The position numbers and the translations under genes are program-made. The notes beneath the pieces were generated by a model. The model was not told where the DNA came from, did not search any database, and saw only the letters and a program-made list of their open reading frames with translations. A DNA stretch of 64,000 nt from Mobula hypostoma (lineage: Eukaryota): assembly GCF_963921235.1 (NCBI RefSeq), contig NC_086097.1, positions 201,750,001-201,814,000 of the forward strand, given 5' to 3'. Position 1 is the first letter of the stretch. Each line of letters opens with the position of its first letter. Shown here piece after piece: positions 1-12,548 of this stretch.

Positions 1-1782
1 ACCCACGGCAGAGTGCCGACACAACTCTGGAGATCTCTTCAATATATGCCACAATGTTTCCCCTTTCATTCACAATCTGACTTCACTCTAGGTCATATGT
101 AAAATTATGTGATTATTCAGCTGTACATGCATGATACCAACATGCAGTGAGATTTATTTTCAGTCCTGTACTGGACCCCAGCTGGTATAGTTCCACGTTA
201 GTGCCACATTTTTCTTAAAATGTCTTTCAATATCAGAGCAACAAAAATAGTTGATATAAAGGTAGTGTTACTTCCCGCGTGCAGCAAGGGAATTAAGCAT
301 GGACGACCTTGAATGGTGGGAACTCATGATTGGAAGATGAGGAAGTAATTATATACATGAGTTACGAATTTCTGTACATGCTGTCTTCAGGATTAATATG
401 TGGAAATGAAGTCATAGGCATGACTGAACAAAGCAGAACCAGAGTAGGAAATACAGTTAAATTCTGATAATCTGCTATCAAATTACTAAGAGATCCTGAT
501 GTTAGGTATTCGGCTCATCAGATGACCTTACACTTGCCACACGTCCAGACCCCAATTTCAACACTCTCTTCTCCACCAGATTCTTGTACTCCAAGACCAT
601 TCACCAGGGCCCAGTTCTAGAAGACTGCAAATGTTGGAATTTGAAGCAACAAACACAATGCAGGAGAAACTTAGCAGGTCATGCAGCTTCCATGGAGGAA
701 AATGGACATTATCAACACGATAAGAAATCCTCTGTTCCTATGGTGCACGGTAATGGTTGTCAGGAGAGAGTGGTGGTGATTAGGGGGTCAGGTTAAGGTT
801 TAGGGACAGTGATGTGGGGGAGTTAGAAGTCAGACCAAATTCCAAGTCGGAGTGCTCCATGGGTCAAAGGCCAATGATCCGTGTGAGCAGATGTCAGACC
901 AGCAAGCACTGTGGACAAACACCAGCAAGGATGGAGGCTGATAAACCCCCAGAGCAAGTCCCCCTGGTCAGCAGGTTTTGGGATCCGAGGTCTGTGTGGG
1001 CTGGAAGCACAAGGGCCAGTGACTCTCAAGGCTGGCAACCCGTCGAGTCTGGGGTTGAAGGCCTGGAGTTCAGGGTCCTGTCACTGATGAGTCATGAGGT
1101 TGATGCTGAAGACTAAAGCTCAAAGGTTGAAGAATGAAATCAGTAAGTCCTGAAGTCAAGGCCCAATGGCCGAAGCCTTGGGTCGATGAGTCTGCAAGTC
1201 TGCTGGAAGCTCAGAGGCGGCCTGCCCAGCGACTCGAGGCCTGTTTATGTGTGTAAGTAGGTCCAAGGGAGTTAAGGGGTTTATTTTGCTGTGGCTGTTT
1301 TGTTGTTCTTGTTGTGTTGGGTTTGTTGTTGCTTGTGTTGTTCTGCTGAACATTGTTGGCATGTTATGTTGACAGTGGAATGTGTGGCACTTGAGGGCTG
1401 TTCCCAGCACATCCTTAGGTCGCATTGGCTGTTAACAAAAACATCGCATTTCTCTGTATGTTTCGATGTACACGGGATAAAGAAATAAATCTGAGATTAT
1501 ACTTGTGGTGTTTTGTGTTAGCTTCAAGCAGTAAGTATTTAAGTTTGATCCGTACTTGGCATTAAATTGGGTTTCGTCCAGGGTTGAATAGTAGGTGAAA
1601 TATTCCTGGAAAATGTCATCAAAGGGACATTCACACCATTAGCTCAGATAGTAGCTTCGATTTGAGCAAAGATCATGGACAAAGGGTGGGTCTCCAAGTT
1701 AAGGCAGTGGTACAGGAGTATTCAATCCAAATGCTACTAGTTTTAGCTGGTCATGCAGGTGTAGAAGTTAAAGGGCATATGG

Positions 1783-1862
1783 CAGGGGTTCCCAACCTTT
1801 CTTACGGCATGGACCCCTACCTTTAACCAAAGAGTCCATGATCCCCAGGTTGGAAACTCCTG
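1783..1862. mobile_element. 80 bp hAT (Charlie-like) MITE
   Basis: TIRs CAGGGGTTCCCAACCT...AGGTTGGAAACTCCTG with an 8 bp TSD, gcatatgg (1775-1782) and ccatatgg (1863-1870). Confidence 0.85.
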
Positions 1863-2274
1863 CCATATGGTAATCTGATCACTGCACCATTCTATACAAA
1901 ATAATTCAAGAAAGGCTACAGAGAACATTACAGTAAGGGGAATAAATGTCATTTTCTGCAATTATAACTGAGATACTTGAGCAGCATTGTCTGTCCAGTG
2001 TAGAGTTAAGGACATTTCGTCTAGGCTGCAGTGGAGCGTGATGGAAATGGGAAGATTCTGGTGACACGGCACTAGAGAAATTCTGAAGTAGGAAAAATAA
2101 AGAAAACATAAAAATCAAAGGTGTTTTATCCAAATTCACATAGCAATTAGTGGCACTGTAGAAATAAATGGACCTAATTTAAAAGTTATTCCAGACTTAG
2201 TTGTAAGGTGCACCCTTGATGAAAATTTCACCTAGGGGACATTCACGCTATTAGTTCAGATAAAAGCAAAATGT

Positions 2275-3799
2275 CATAACCAAAGAGATTGAGGAGGCAT
2301 TAGTAATAATCTTTACGGTATCACTAGGTTCTGGAATGGTTCCGGAGGACTGAAAAGTTGCACATGTCACTCTACTCTTTAAGAAGGAAGGGAGGCAGAA
2401 AAAAGGAAATTATAGGTCAGTTAGCCTGATTGCAGTGGTGGAAAGATGCTAGAGTCTATTATTAAGGATGAGATTTCAGGGTACTTGGGATCACATGACC
2501 AAATAGGCCAAATTCAGCATGGTTTCCTTAAGTAGAAATCTTGCCTTACAAACTTGTTGGAATTCTTTGAGGTAAAACAGGCAGGATAGACAAAGGAAAG
2601 TCAATGGATGTTGGTTAATTGGATTTTCAGAAGGCATTTGACAAGGTACCGCACATGAGGCTGCTTAACAAAATAAGGGCCCATGGTATTATGGGAAAGG
2701 TACTAGCATGGATAGAAGATTGGCTGACTGGCATGAGGCAAAGAGTGGAAATGAAGGGATTTTCTTCTGGTTAGCTACCAGTGACTAGTGGTATTCCACG
2801 TGGGTTGGTATTAGGACCACTTCTTTTCACATTATATGTCAATGATTTGCATGATGGAATTGATGGCTTTATGGCCATTTTGCAGGCAATATAAAAATAG
2901 GTGGAGGGGGAGGTAGTTTTGAAGAAGCAGAGGGTCTGCAGAAGAACTTATACAGAGTGGGAGAATGGGCAAAAAAGTGGCAGATAGTATAGAGAAGTGT
3001 TTGGTCATGCATTTTGGTAGAAGGAATAAAACTGAAGACTATTTTCTAAATGGGGAGAACATTCAAAAATCTGAGGTGTAAACAGACTTGAACGTCCTTA
3101 TGCAGGATTCCCTAAAGGCTATCCTGCAGATTGAATTGGTGGTGAGGAAGGCAAATGCAATGTTAGCATTCATTTCCAGAGGTCTAGAATATAGGAGAAA
3201 GGATGTAATGCTGAGGCTTTATAAGGCATTAGTCAAACCGCACTTGGGAGTATTAAAACAGGTTTTGGGCCTCTTATCAATGAAAAGCCGTGCTGGTATT
3301 GGAGAGGGTCCAGAGGAGGTTAACGAGAATAAATAAGAAAGGGTTAACATATGAGGAACGTTTGATGGCTCTGGGCCTGTACTTGCTGGCATTTAGAAGA
3401 ATGAAGGGGGAACTCATTGAAACCTATCAAATATTGAAAGACCTTGTTAGAGCAGATCTGGAGGGGACATTTCCTATCCTGGGTGAGTGTAGGACCAGAA
3501 AGAGGATGTAGCCCCAGAATAGAGGGACATCCATTTAGAACAGAAATGAGGAAGAATTGATTTAGCCAGAGGGTGTTGAGTCTGTGGAATTCATTGCCAC
3601 AGATGGCAATGGAGGCCAAGTCGTTGAGTATATTTAAGCAAAGGTTGATAAATTTTTAACTAATCAAGGTATCAAAGGTTACGGGAAAAGGCAGGATAAA
3701 GGGATTGAGAGGGATAATAAATCAACCATGATGGAATGGCAGAGCATATTTTAGGGGCTGAATGGCCTAAATCTGCTCCTATGTCTTATGGTCTTATGC
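2275..3799 (+). mobile_element. 5'-truncated, degenerate CR1 LINE (RT region and 3' end)
   Basis: Broken RT motifs (LDFQKAFDKVPH; KANAMLAFISRGLEY; LERVQRR) and a 3' tail ctatgtcttatggtcttatg. Confidence 0.92.
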
Positions 3800-5482
3800 T
3801 TAATTTTAATGAAATTCTTTGAGTCCTAATTAGAGTTCGTATTGCCAACTGTGGGAGTGAAGGATCATGACAATATTTATCTTCATTACAATAATCAAAC
3901 TTTATAATCAAATACAATTTAATTTAATCTAATAAACAATGAGACCCAACTATATTGCCAAATGATGTTGAAAGAATTGAGGCTCATTTACAGAGATGAA
4001 AAACAAAATTGTAGAAAAACATATTTACATTTTTTAATTACAGTGATTTGCAAAATGTCTGTAGGCGTATTTGTTTCTATGAGGGAAACAATTTAACAAA
4101 TATAGACAGTTTTTGTTCTTAAAAATACATCTATATCATGTTATTAAAAGCTTTCTGTGCATTTGTTTTCCATATACATTCTTTGGTGCATTGCAGTTCA
4201 TCTCACCAATCCAGGAACCTGCTTAGTTTGGCCTTGTAGTCTGCTGCAGGAACAGGTGAGTCTGGGGTGTGGCATTGATTGGGCTGAAGGCTGTGAGGGA
4301 AATCAGAGACCCCAGCAGCAGCTGAGGCACAAGGCGGAGATTGGAGGAGCAACAGAGATGGTGGCAGAATCTATAAGGAAAAGCAAAAGTAAAAGCAGCA
4401 ACAGGTAGGATGTTATATGTATTGTTGCAGATAATAATGATGTGCTGTGTAATATTGCACTTTAGGTCAAGCCTTAATTGTTTTTATGGATTAAAGTCAT
4501 GATTCTTCTAAGAATTTTTTGAAATCTTATATGTTAATTGTTTAAAATTCAGCCAACCTGAGCTGAGGCAGAGTGTGCTGAACACTTGCACTTCTAAGAG
4601 TCAACGGCCTACAGGGATAAGAGCTGGAGAGGGATAAGGCTTGGATCCCATTGACTGATCCAGGTAGAATGGGCCAGCCAAGGGATAGCACGTTAGACTA
4701 AATGGCCCTCTGTATTGTCAATTCTTTATGATGTTATGAAGCATTTTATAAAGAGCATTTTTTTTTCTTTTTGGCATATAGAAAATATGCTCTTTATAAA
4801 ATGCTTCCTAACATAATTACACTAAAAAATGGTAAGGTTGCTGCCCGATGTGCTAGAAGGCATGAAAAGGAACAACAACATTTTCTTTAATTCAGAGAAG
4901 AAATGCAAATGTAATAACTACACTCTACTCCGGAATAGAATAATGTTTCAGTGTCTGTGTCTTACCTTGAGAAAGTCTAAATGCTGGGTTTGTGTTACAG
5001 GTACTGTGGTAAAAAGACTAATCGATTTTGAAGTCAGTGTATTATAGTGACGGACGGGGATGCTATTCAAGTGGATTACATTTTGTTTACAACCAGACGG
5101 GATTTTTCTCCAGCAGGTGGAGAACCTGTTGTTTCTTTAATGCAGTTAGCTTCTGGTGCATTGGAGCAACCAGCGAACATGTTATTCGCGTCAGGTTGCC
5201 AGGTGCGGCCTGGTTGGTATGCGTCAAGAGGGAGCTATATTTAATACCAACACCTGCTTATAACAGTGATACCTCTCTGACAATTGCTAATTGTTTTTAT
5301 TGCTTTGAGTTCTTTGAGTAGTCTCCTTAATGTGAAAACCAAAATGATGAACTCCAGTTTATCTTAATAAATTTGTGCATGAATGTTATTGTCTGGTAAT
5401 ATAAACAAAATATGCTTATCTTTTGAGGATTAATTTCTGCTAAAGTTCTTAATATTTAAACAAAATGAGTAACTTAATTAAG

Positions 5483-6035
5483 ATCCTCTGTTGGTTAGGG
5501 CCGACCATGCTTCCTAGCTGTCTACGTGACCCTCAAGCCAGAGCAGTAAGATGTGTAAAGCAAACTGTTCCCCGTGCAGCAGGCTCCTCCTCGCCACGTA
5601 GTTGATGGATCCGGAGGAACGACAGAGACTGATACAGTGTGGCACCAGAAGCATTGCAGAAATTGCCACTCAGCGTTGACTGCCTTAGGGACTCCAGCTC
5701 TGGATTTCTCCTCAGGGTTTACTCCTGAAGCCTTCCCTTGAGTGGGTGTAGCCATAAGGCAGCAGAGGTTTGAGATCAGAGTTTTGCTTCTCCTAGGTGA
5801 GCTGCCAACCATGGCACACGAGCCTCATCTGCCCAAAGCAATTAGTTTTAAGGAGCCAGTAACCCACATTTGCCCTTTCTTCGGTCAGTAGAAATGGTTC
5901 TACTGGCCTTTGCAGTTAAGTCATATGCGAAGGTCAGGAGCTGGACTTGTCTGTCACATGCAACTGAGGGCTTTTAATAGCTAGTGGGAACTTATCCCCA
6001 CTACCTCCCCCAGCTTTGACAACCTTACAGAACCA
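5483..6035. mobile_element. Non-coding interspersed repeat, possibly RTE-clade derived
   Basis: GC-richer block in AT-rich flanks, bounded by similar 12-mers gtaacttaatta (5469-5480) and gtaatgtaatta (6036-6047). The family assignment is from resemblance only. Confidence 0.45.
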
Positions 6036-6307
6036 GTAATGTAATTATCACATTGTATTAGTAATATTATTTTAGTGTTTATGCAGGATGTAAGCTCAAC
6101 TCATTCTTTTACATTTTTAATTCATTTCAGAATTTAACTATTCACACCTGCGTTAGAGTGGCTCTGGCTATGACAACTTTAAGCAACCAGTAATTTAATT
6201 ATGACATTACATTATTTTAGATTTTACGCAGGATGTAAGCTCAACTCATTCTTTGACACTTTAATTCATTTCAGAATATAATTTTTCACACCTGTGTTAG
6301 AGTAGCT
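6012..6307. repeat. Imperfect tandem duplication, ~150 bp unit
   Basis: Both units contain tgacaac...aaccagtaat...gcaggatgtaagctcaactcattcttt...ttaattcatttcagaat...ttcacacctg.gttagagt. Confidence 0.9.
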
Positions 6308-8449
6308 TCTTGTTCCTTCAAGAGTCTTTGTGGATGCTAAGGTATATATTTTTCCTCAATTTCATAATCTAGGATAGATAGATATTAGAGGAGGAAACAT
6401 TTTAAGATTATTCATTTTGGGATTGTCTAGATGATTCTTCCTGTCTTGTATCTTCCCCACCCAACCCCTCCCCATGATTCTAATGCTAGCATTGATTGAA
6501 TGGTCACCACTGGTCTAGAAATTGGTTTGTGTTGACGGATCAATGGACCAGGACAATGTGAATGATCCCACCATTGAAATGGGTAAGACTATGGCACACC
6601 TAAATAATAGAGCCATGGGTATCATCTAACAGCCAGTGAGTAGCAGATGCTTGTTTATTATTGTAAATTATTGTTATATTTCTGATGTGACCATGACTGA
6701 AAGTGGCTCTAAGGGAGATGCTGAAGAGAGGAGGGGTGAGCAGTTGGTTTGGAAGGGAGGATTCAAGAAGGAATAAGAATGAATAAAAGGGACATTTTAG
6801 GAACAATTTCTGATCCACTAGCTCTTTCAGAACTGGAATACTGCGGATTTGTCTTCAAATAAAACTGTATGATATTGTTATTTATGACTGCTAAGTGTGG
6901 AGGAATATTGATAATGTAACTAGCATGACTGCAGGGACAGAATAATGGAAATAATTTTCCTGCATGAAGCCAAGACTCTTTCCTAACAGACTGAAATTGC
7001 CTGGCAACAGATGCTAGAAGGTAATGCACAACACTGCTGGCATTCAGTCAGGTGTTGAACATGCTGTTATTATTACAGCCCATGAAGGAGTGCGAACAAG
7101 AGCAGATTTCTTCAAATCGATTTTGTGTCATAACTTAGGGCAGATTTTGGCAGAAACTTGTTCTTTATCTAATTGTAATTTTGGTTAATACAATTCTCTT
7201 GTTAAAAGGATGGTAAGATTAAAGTGTTGCAAATTCAGTAGAAAATACAACTAGGAAACAAAATGAAATGTCTCAATTTAAACTGATGTGTTAAAATTCA
7301 GAAGAATGGATTACAAGCCTTTTGAGTAGTAAGCAGGCTTCTAAGATTTTCTTTATTATTTATTCATAACGTAGCGCTGCTGAGAATGCCAACCTTGTTT
7401 ATTTGTGAATGCCTTTGAAAGAGAAGTGATGATCTACCACTACAGTCTGAGTGGTAATGTCACATGTACGGGTTGTTTGTTATGAAATGCCAGGATCTGA
7501 ACTCTGTACTGTTAAAGGAGCGAGGATATACTTTCAGATCTGAGTGGTGTGTGAGAAGAAGGGGAAATTGCAGGTGTTGGTGTTTCCACTTGCCTGCTGC
7601 CCTTCTTAGTTGGTAGTAGTTTTCAATTTGAAAGGGGCTGTAATAGAAAATTTGACATTTTGCCACAGGGTATGCAGTAGATGGTATACACTGCAACCAG
7701 GGTCTACCTGCTTCTTGTTGCCATGGTATTTAGTTGGCTGGTTTAGTTATAGAGTCACACAACACAAACATGACCTTGGGGCCCATCATATTCAAATATC
7801 AAAGTACATATATGTCACCATATACAGCCCTGAAACGTATTTTCTTGTGGGAATACTCAATAAATCCATAATAGAAAAACAACTATAATAGAATCATTGA
7901 AAGACCTTGCCCACTTAGGCGCACAACCAGTGAACCATATTCATGCCACCATCCCCATTCATACTAATCCCATTTGCCAGCACTTGATCTATAACTTTCT
8001 ATGCCTTCTGTGATTCAAGTGTTTGGCTGCATATTTAATGTTGTGAGAGTACCTGCCTTCACTAGCTATTCAAGCTGTGCATTCCAGAATACACTCACTT
8101 TGGGGGAAAAAAAATCCTTCCCAGGTTCCTTTCAAGCCTGCACCCATGAGTTTTAGTCACCTTTGCTATTGGGGAGAAGTTTCCAATTACTGATCCTACC
8201 TATGCCCTTCATAATTTTGCATATGTCTATCACTTCCATTCCCAGCTCTCAGTATGTTGCCACCCGAATTCTCAGGTCCATGCAATAATTGTCAGCCTCC
8301 ACTGTTCATTTCATCAGACCCTCATTTTTATTTGTGATAAACCAATTCTTTATAATCCCTCCATGGGAAAAAAAATCTTCCAATTTAAGATGGCATTACT
8401 GATGTGGGGTGACAGCTTTCTGGTGCTTAATAAGGCAAGTATTACGACT

Positions 8450-9070
8450 AAACTGAATTGACTTTATTTCTTACATCTTTCACATGTATGAGGAGTAAAA
8501 ATCTTTGTTATTTCTCCATCTAAATGTGCAGTGTGCAATCATAGTAATTTATAATAAATAGAACAGTCAATGTAACATAGAAATACAGTCAAATCAGCGT
8601 GTGTTAATCAGTTTGATGGCGTGGTGGAAAAAGCTGTCCTGGAGCCTGTTGCTCATGGCTTTTACGCTGTAGTACCATTTCCAGGATGGTAGCAGGTGGA
8701 ATAGATTGTGGTTAGGATGACTCGGGTCCCCAATGATCCTACAGGCCCTTTTTACATACCTGTCTTTGTAAATTTGCTGAAACATAGGAAGTTCACAACT
8801 ACACATGCACTGGGCTGCCCTCACCACTCTCTGCAGAATCCTGCAATTAAGGGAAGTATAGTTCGCATACCAGGCAGTGATGCAGCCAGTCAGGATGCTC
8901 TCAGTTGTATCCCGTACCAAACTTCTTCAACCATCCAAGGTGAAGGAGGCACTATTGTGCTTTTTTCACCACAAGTCTGGTGTGTACAGACCACGAGGTC
9001 CTCGGTGATGTGGATGCCAAGGAACTTAAGGCTGTTTACCCTCTCAACCCCAGATCCATTGATGTCAATA
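8450..9070 (-). mobile_element. Rex1/Babar-type LINE 3' fragment
   Basis: ORF 8594..8920 (ESILTGCITAWY...DPSHPNHNLFHLLPS...RLQDSFFHHAIKLIN) is homologous to the element at 21.8-23.8 kb. It appears to interrupt a non-coding repeat spanning about 8390-9680. Confidence 0.85.
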
Positions 9071-10529
9071 ATTTTTTCTGTGGTAAATTATGGTAAACTA
9101 TCACTGCACACAATGAAGACGTGAGCAAAGGTGGGGCTGACTCGGGTTGAACCGTGTGGATGCCGAGAGCGTGTTGTTAAGGTCGGTCCATGTGCTAGTG
9201 CAGGGGATGACCCCGATGTTTGGATGATTTAAATGCCGACCCTGACAGGCTGAAAATGCATGGTGTCAGGACCGGAGGCAAGGGTCGGGCCAATTACACT
9301 TGCTCTTCCATGACAGTTATTTTTCTCTCTCTCTCTGTGGCGCTGAGATTGTGAGACTGCTCTGGCTGCTACGCGCTTTGTGTCTGCAAGCTTCACAGTG
9401 ATTTGCTGCCCTCTATGATGAATTGAGACTGACGCTGTGGGCCGACACTGACTGCTCTGGGCTCCACGTCTACTTGGACTCAATTTGGATTGGAATGCTG
9501 TTGCTTGCTTTTATTGTTTGTATGATTTGTTTTTTTTCTTCTCTCTTTCTCTGTGCATTGCATGTTGATTTTTTTAAAAAATTGGGTTCTTTTGGGTTTC
9601 TTGCTTTGAGGCTGCCTGTAAGCAAATGAATCTCAAGGTTATATAATTTATACATTGATAATAAATATGCTTTGAATCCTGGCCATCAACCTCGAAGGCT
9701 GATAAGCAAAAGAAATAATTCCTTCCTGATGAAGCTGCCTGGGCAAATTTTATACAAATTAATTAAATCCTCCCTTGGTCTCCTTAAGCAAGCAACCCTC
9801 TGAGTCAATAATTGTTATTCTCCAGCCCTAGCAATTTTATGCCCACCACAATATTCCAGTGCAACCACAACATTCCTGTATTATGGTGACCGAGGTATTT
9901 GGGCTGTGGCCTAATGAGTATAGTATAACATTCTAGGTCTCCCTGTCAGTATATTAGGCCTGTCACTTTCAGAGATTTGTGTTCCTCTACACTTCTGAGT
10001 ATCCCTGCATTTATCATGTTCCCCTAACCTATTTGCCTTCTCAAACCATCACCTACCGTTTACAGATTGAATTCTGTTTGCAAATTTGTGCCAACCAAAT
10101 CAATCCACATCTTTGAGTTTTGAACTCCCTTTTCTACTCTCAAACCCATAACTAGTTTTAATATTATTGGTATTGGCTTATTATTGTCACACACAGCAAG
10201 ACACAATGCAAAGCTTGACCTGTATACTGTTTATACAGATCAAATCATTAGACAGTCTATTGAGCTAGAATAAAATTAACAATGAGATAAAACAATAACA
10301 ATATAGCATAAAGTGTAAAAACTAATGAAAAAGTGTAGCGCAGATGAACTATATTTTTCCTCACTGAGCCAACTTACAGTTGAAATTATTATTTTCCCTT
10401 TTATACTATTGGCTTTCAGTTTCCTGATTAATCTAATATGTACTACAGAACTTTGTCAAGTGCTCTGTAACACCCATGTAGACTATCAAATGCATGGCAC
10501 TCATTGATATTTTTTGTTACGGAGTTATG

Positions 10530-10790
10530 AGGAGATGCACTATGAAAACAGGCCCTTCCACCAACTGAGTGTAGTCAGCCATTTACACTAATCCTATATC
10601 AATCCGATTTATTTTCAATCTCTCCACATTCCCATCACCTCTCCCCTAGGTTTGATCAATAACCTAACCAGACTAAAGACAATTTACAGCAGCCAGTTGG
10701 AGCACTCGGAGGAATCCCATGCATTTAACGGCCAAACATGCAAATTCTACACAAAGGAATTGAGGTCAGAATCATACCTCTCCTCAACAT
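10530..10790 (-). mobile_element. Degenerate V-domain SINE (HE1-like)
   Basis: Reverse complement contains tttgcatgtt...gcatgggattcctccgagtgctccaa, resembling the V-SINE core. Confidence 0.55.
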
Positions 10791-11254
10791 TCAAACAGCT
10801 TAGTCGAGCGTGGCCTTCGTTTAGTCAATCCATGTTGATCGTTCTTGCTCCAAATGGTATCCCTCAGCTTCCAATAACCTATCAATCATTGTGTGCCTGA
10901 ATGACCTGTGCTCTGTTGATCCCTTTCTCCTTTCATTAAAAAAATTAGTCATGTCTCATTAATTGGCAAAGGCCTGACCAAAACATAGCTTCATCTTATC
11001 TGAATGTCCTTGAGGATATTCACTAATAATTCTGTTTGGCCTAATGATTATTTTGTATCTGAGCATCAACTTCTCATGATTTTTTTTTTTGGTGTACACC
11101 TGTTTACCTCTGCACAGCTTCTACACTCAAAAATACTAAGAATTAAAATGAGTGAGCAGTTAGATGGATGGAATCAGGAGGGGAAGTTTGTAAATATATC
11201 ATTTAATTAAGCATTCTTTCTTGTTTACATAATTCATTACAGGTTATATGTAAA

Positions 11255-11450
11255 GAGAGGCTTGCGTCGGGCATTTTCATGCCTTACAAGGCGCAGATTG
11301 GAAGTCTGTGTGGGGCGCCACTCCTTGCACAGACACTAGAGCAATGTGTGATTAAGTGCCTTGCTCAAGGACTCAAACACACTGCCACAGCTGAGGCTCG
11401 AACTAGCAAACTTGAGATCACTAAACAAATGCCTTAACCACTTGGCCCAT
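11255..11450 (-). mobile_element. tRNA-derived SINE
   Basis: Minus strand has an A-box-like GGCCAAGTGG and a B-box-like AGTTCGAGCC. Its 3' module is shared with the element at 58501-58776. Confidence 0.75.
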
Positions 11451-11454
11451 GTGA

Positions 11455-12115
11455 ATTGAAGAGATTGACCAAACATTGTCAATTCAGTGATGGGTTTAAT
11501 GATGCACTGAGAGATCATTTAGTTTGTGGAATCTTACTAGAAACCATTCACAAACAGCTCCTAACTGAATTACAACTCACATTTAAAAGAGCAGTTGAAA
11601 TTGTTGTATCTGTGCAAAATGGTCGCAATTAAAAGTCAGCAATGAAAGTGAGTGTGAACAAAATTGCAGTATCCAAACAGAGACCTGCCTGGCAGAACAA
11701 ATTGTGTTACCATTGTGGCATGGGCTCAAATACAAATGTAGGTTTAAAGGTGAAATTTTGAGAAAATGCTACAAAGTAGGACACGTAGGAAGAGCACTTC
11801 GGGCAGACAAAATTAAATGGACTGCACAGGGCAGATAAAAAGTCAAGCTGCAGTTTCAAGAAGAGCACTAATCAAGCTGCAGTTTCAAGAAGAGCACTAA
11901 TCTGCGTGCTGTTGATGAAAAATCTGATAAGGATGAGAGTGACACAGGACTGGGTAGCCTTAACACTGACGTTGTAAAACATTGTAAAGAAACAAGAAAT
12001 ACAGCTTGCAGCAGAAGTGAGTGGCAAATCAATTAAAATGGAATTGGACATTGGCTCTGCTGTCACGGTCAATCCACAAAATGAGTGTGAATGGCATTTC
12101 AAAGATACTAAATGA
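11455..12115 (+). mobile_element. Ty3/Gypsy gag-protease relic
   Basis: Manual translation gives HCQFSDGFNDALRDHLVCGILLETIHKQLLTELQLTFKRAVEI, zinc-knuckle remnants (CYHCG; KCYKVGH) and a protease-like KMELDIGSAVTV. Frameshifted, with an internal 29 bp tandem duplication near 11843-11900. Confidence 0.82.
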
Positions 12116-12132
12116 CATTTTGAGCACATCTT

Positions 12133-12548
12133 GAGAAAATTTGTGGGCAGAATTGAAAAAGCGTGTGCGAGCAAGGAGGCCTACAAACCTGACTCAGTTA
12201 CACCAGTTCTGTCTGGAGGAATGGAACAAAATTCCAGCAACTTACTGTGAGAGGCTTGTGGAAGGCCGCCCAAAACGTTTGACCCAAGTTAAACAATTTA
12301 AAGGCAATGCTACCAAATACTAACAAAGTGTATGTAAACTTCTGACCCACTGGGAAAGTGATGAAAGAAATAAAAGCTGAACTAAATCATTCTCTCTACT
12401 ATTATTCTGACATTTCACATTCTTAAAATAGTGATCCTAACTGACCTAAGACAGGGAGTGTTTTCTAGGATTAAATGTCAGGAGTTGTGAAAAACTGAGT
12501 TTAAATGTATTTGGCTAAGGTGTATGTAAACTTCTGACTTCAACTGTA
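12133..12548 (+). mobile_element. Sleeping Beauty-like Tc1 element, 3' fragment (transposase C-terminus, right IR/DR, TA)
   Basis: LWAELKKRVRARRPTNLTQLHQFCLEEWNKIPATYCERLVEGRPKRLTQVKQFKGNATKY*. Inner DR gtgtatgtaaacttctgacccactgg (~12328-12353); outer DR gtgtatgtaaacttctgacttcaactg ending 12546, then TA. Confidence 0.93.

Noticed and set aside
616..735. Older pLTR-like remnants (also ~19805-19925, ~46635-46770, ~51870-51955) as extra ribozymes
   Set aside because: The hammerhead core is deleted or too degenerate to call.
1623..2262. 27 bp direct repeat gggacattcac..(c/t)attag.tcagata at ~1623 and ~2236
   Set aside because: Short, imperfect, and no coherent element between the copies.
5001..5244. 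In-frame TGA read-through (YCGKKTNRF-TGA-SQCIIVTDG...) as a selenoprotein exon
   Set aside because: No similarity to a selenoprotein I know, and I could not build a convincing SECIS element.
11390..11450. tRNA gene candidates (also ~58700-58776)
   Set aside because: A/B-box-like motifs are present, but there is no full cloverleaf and they continue into SINE bodies.
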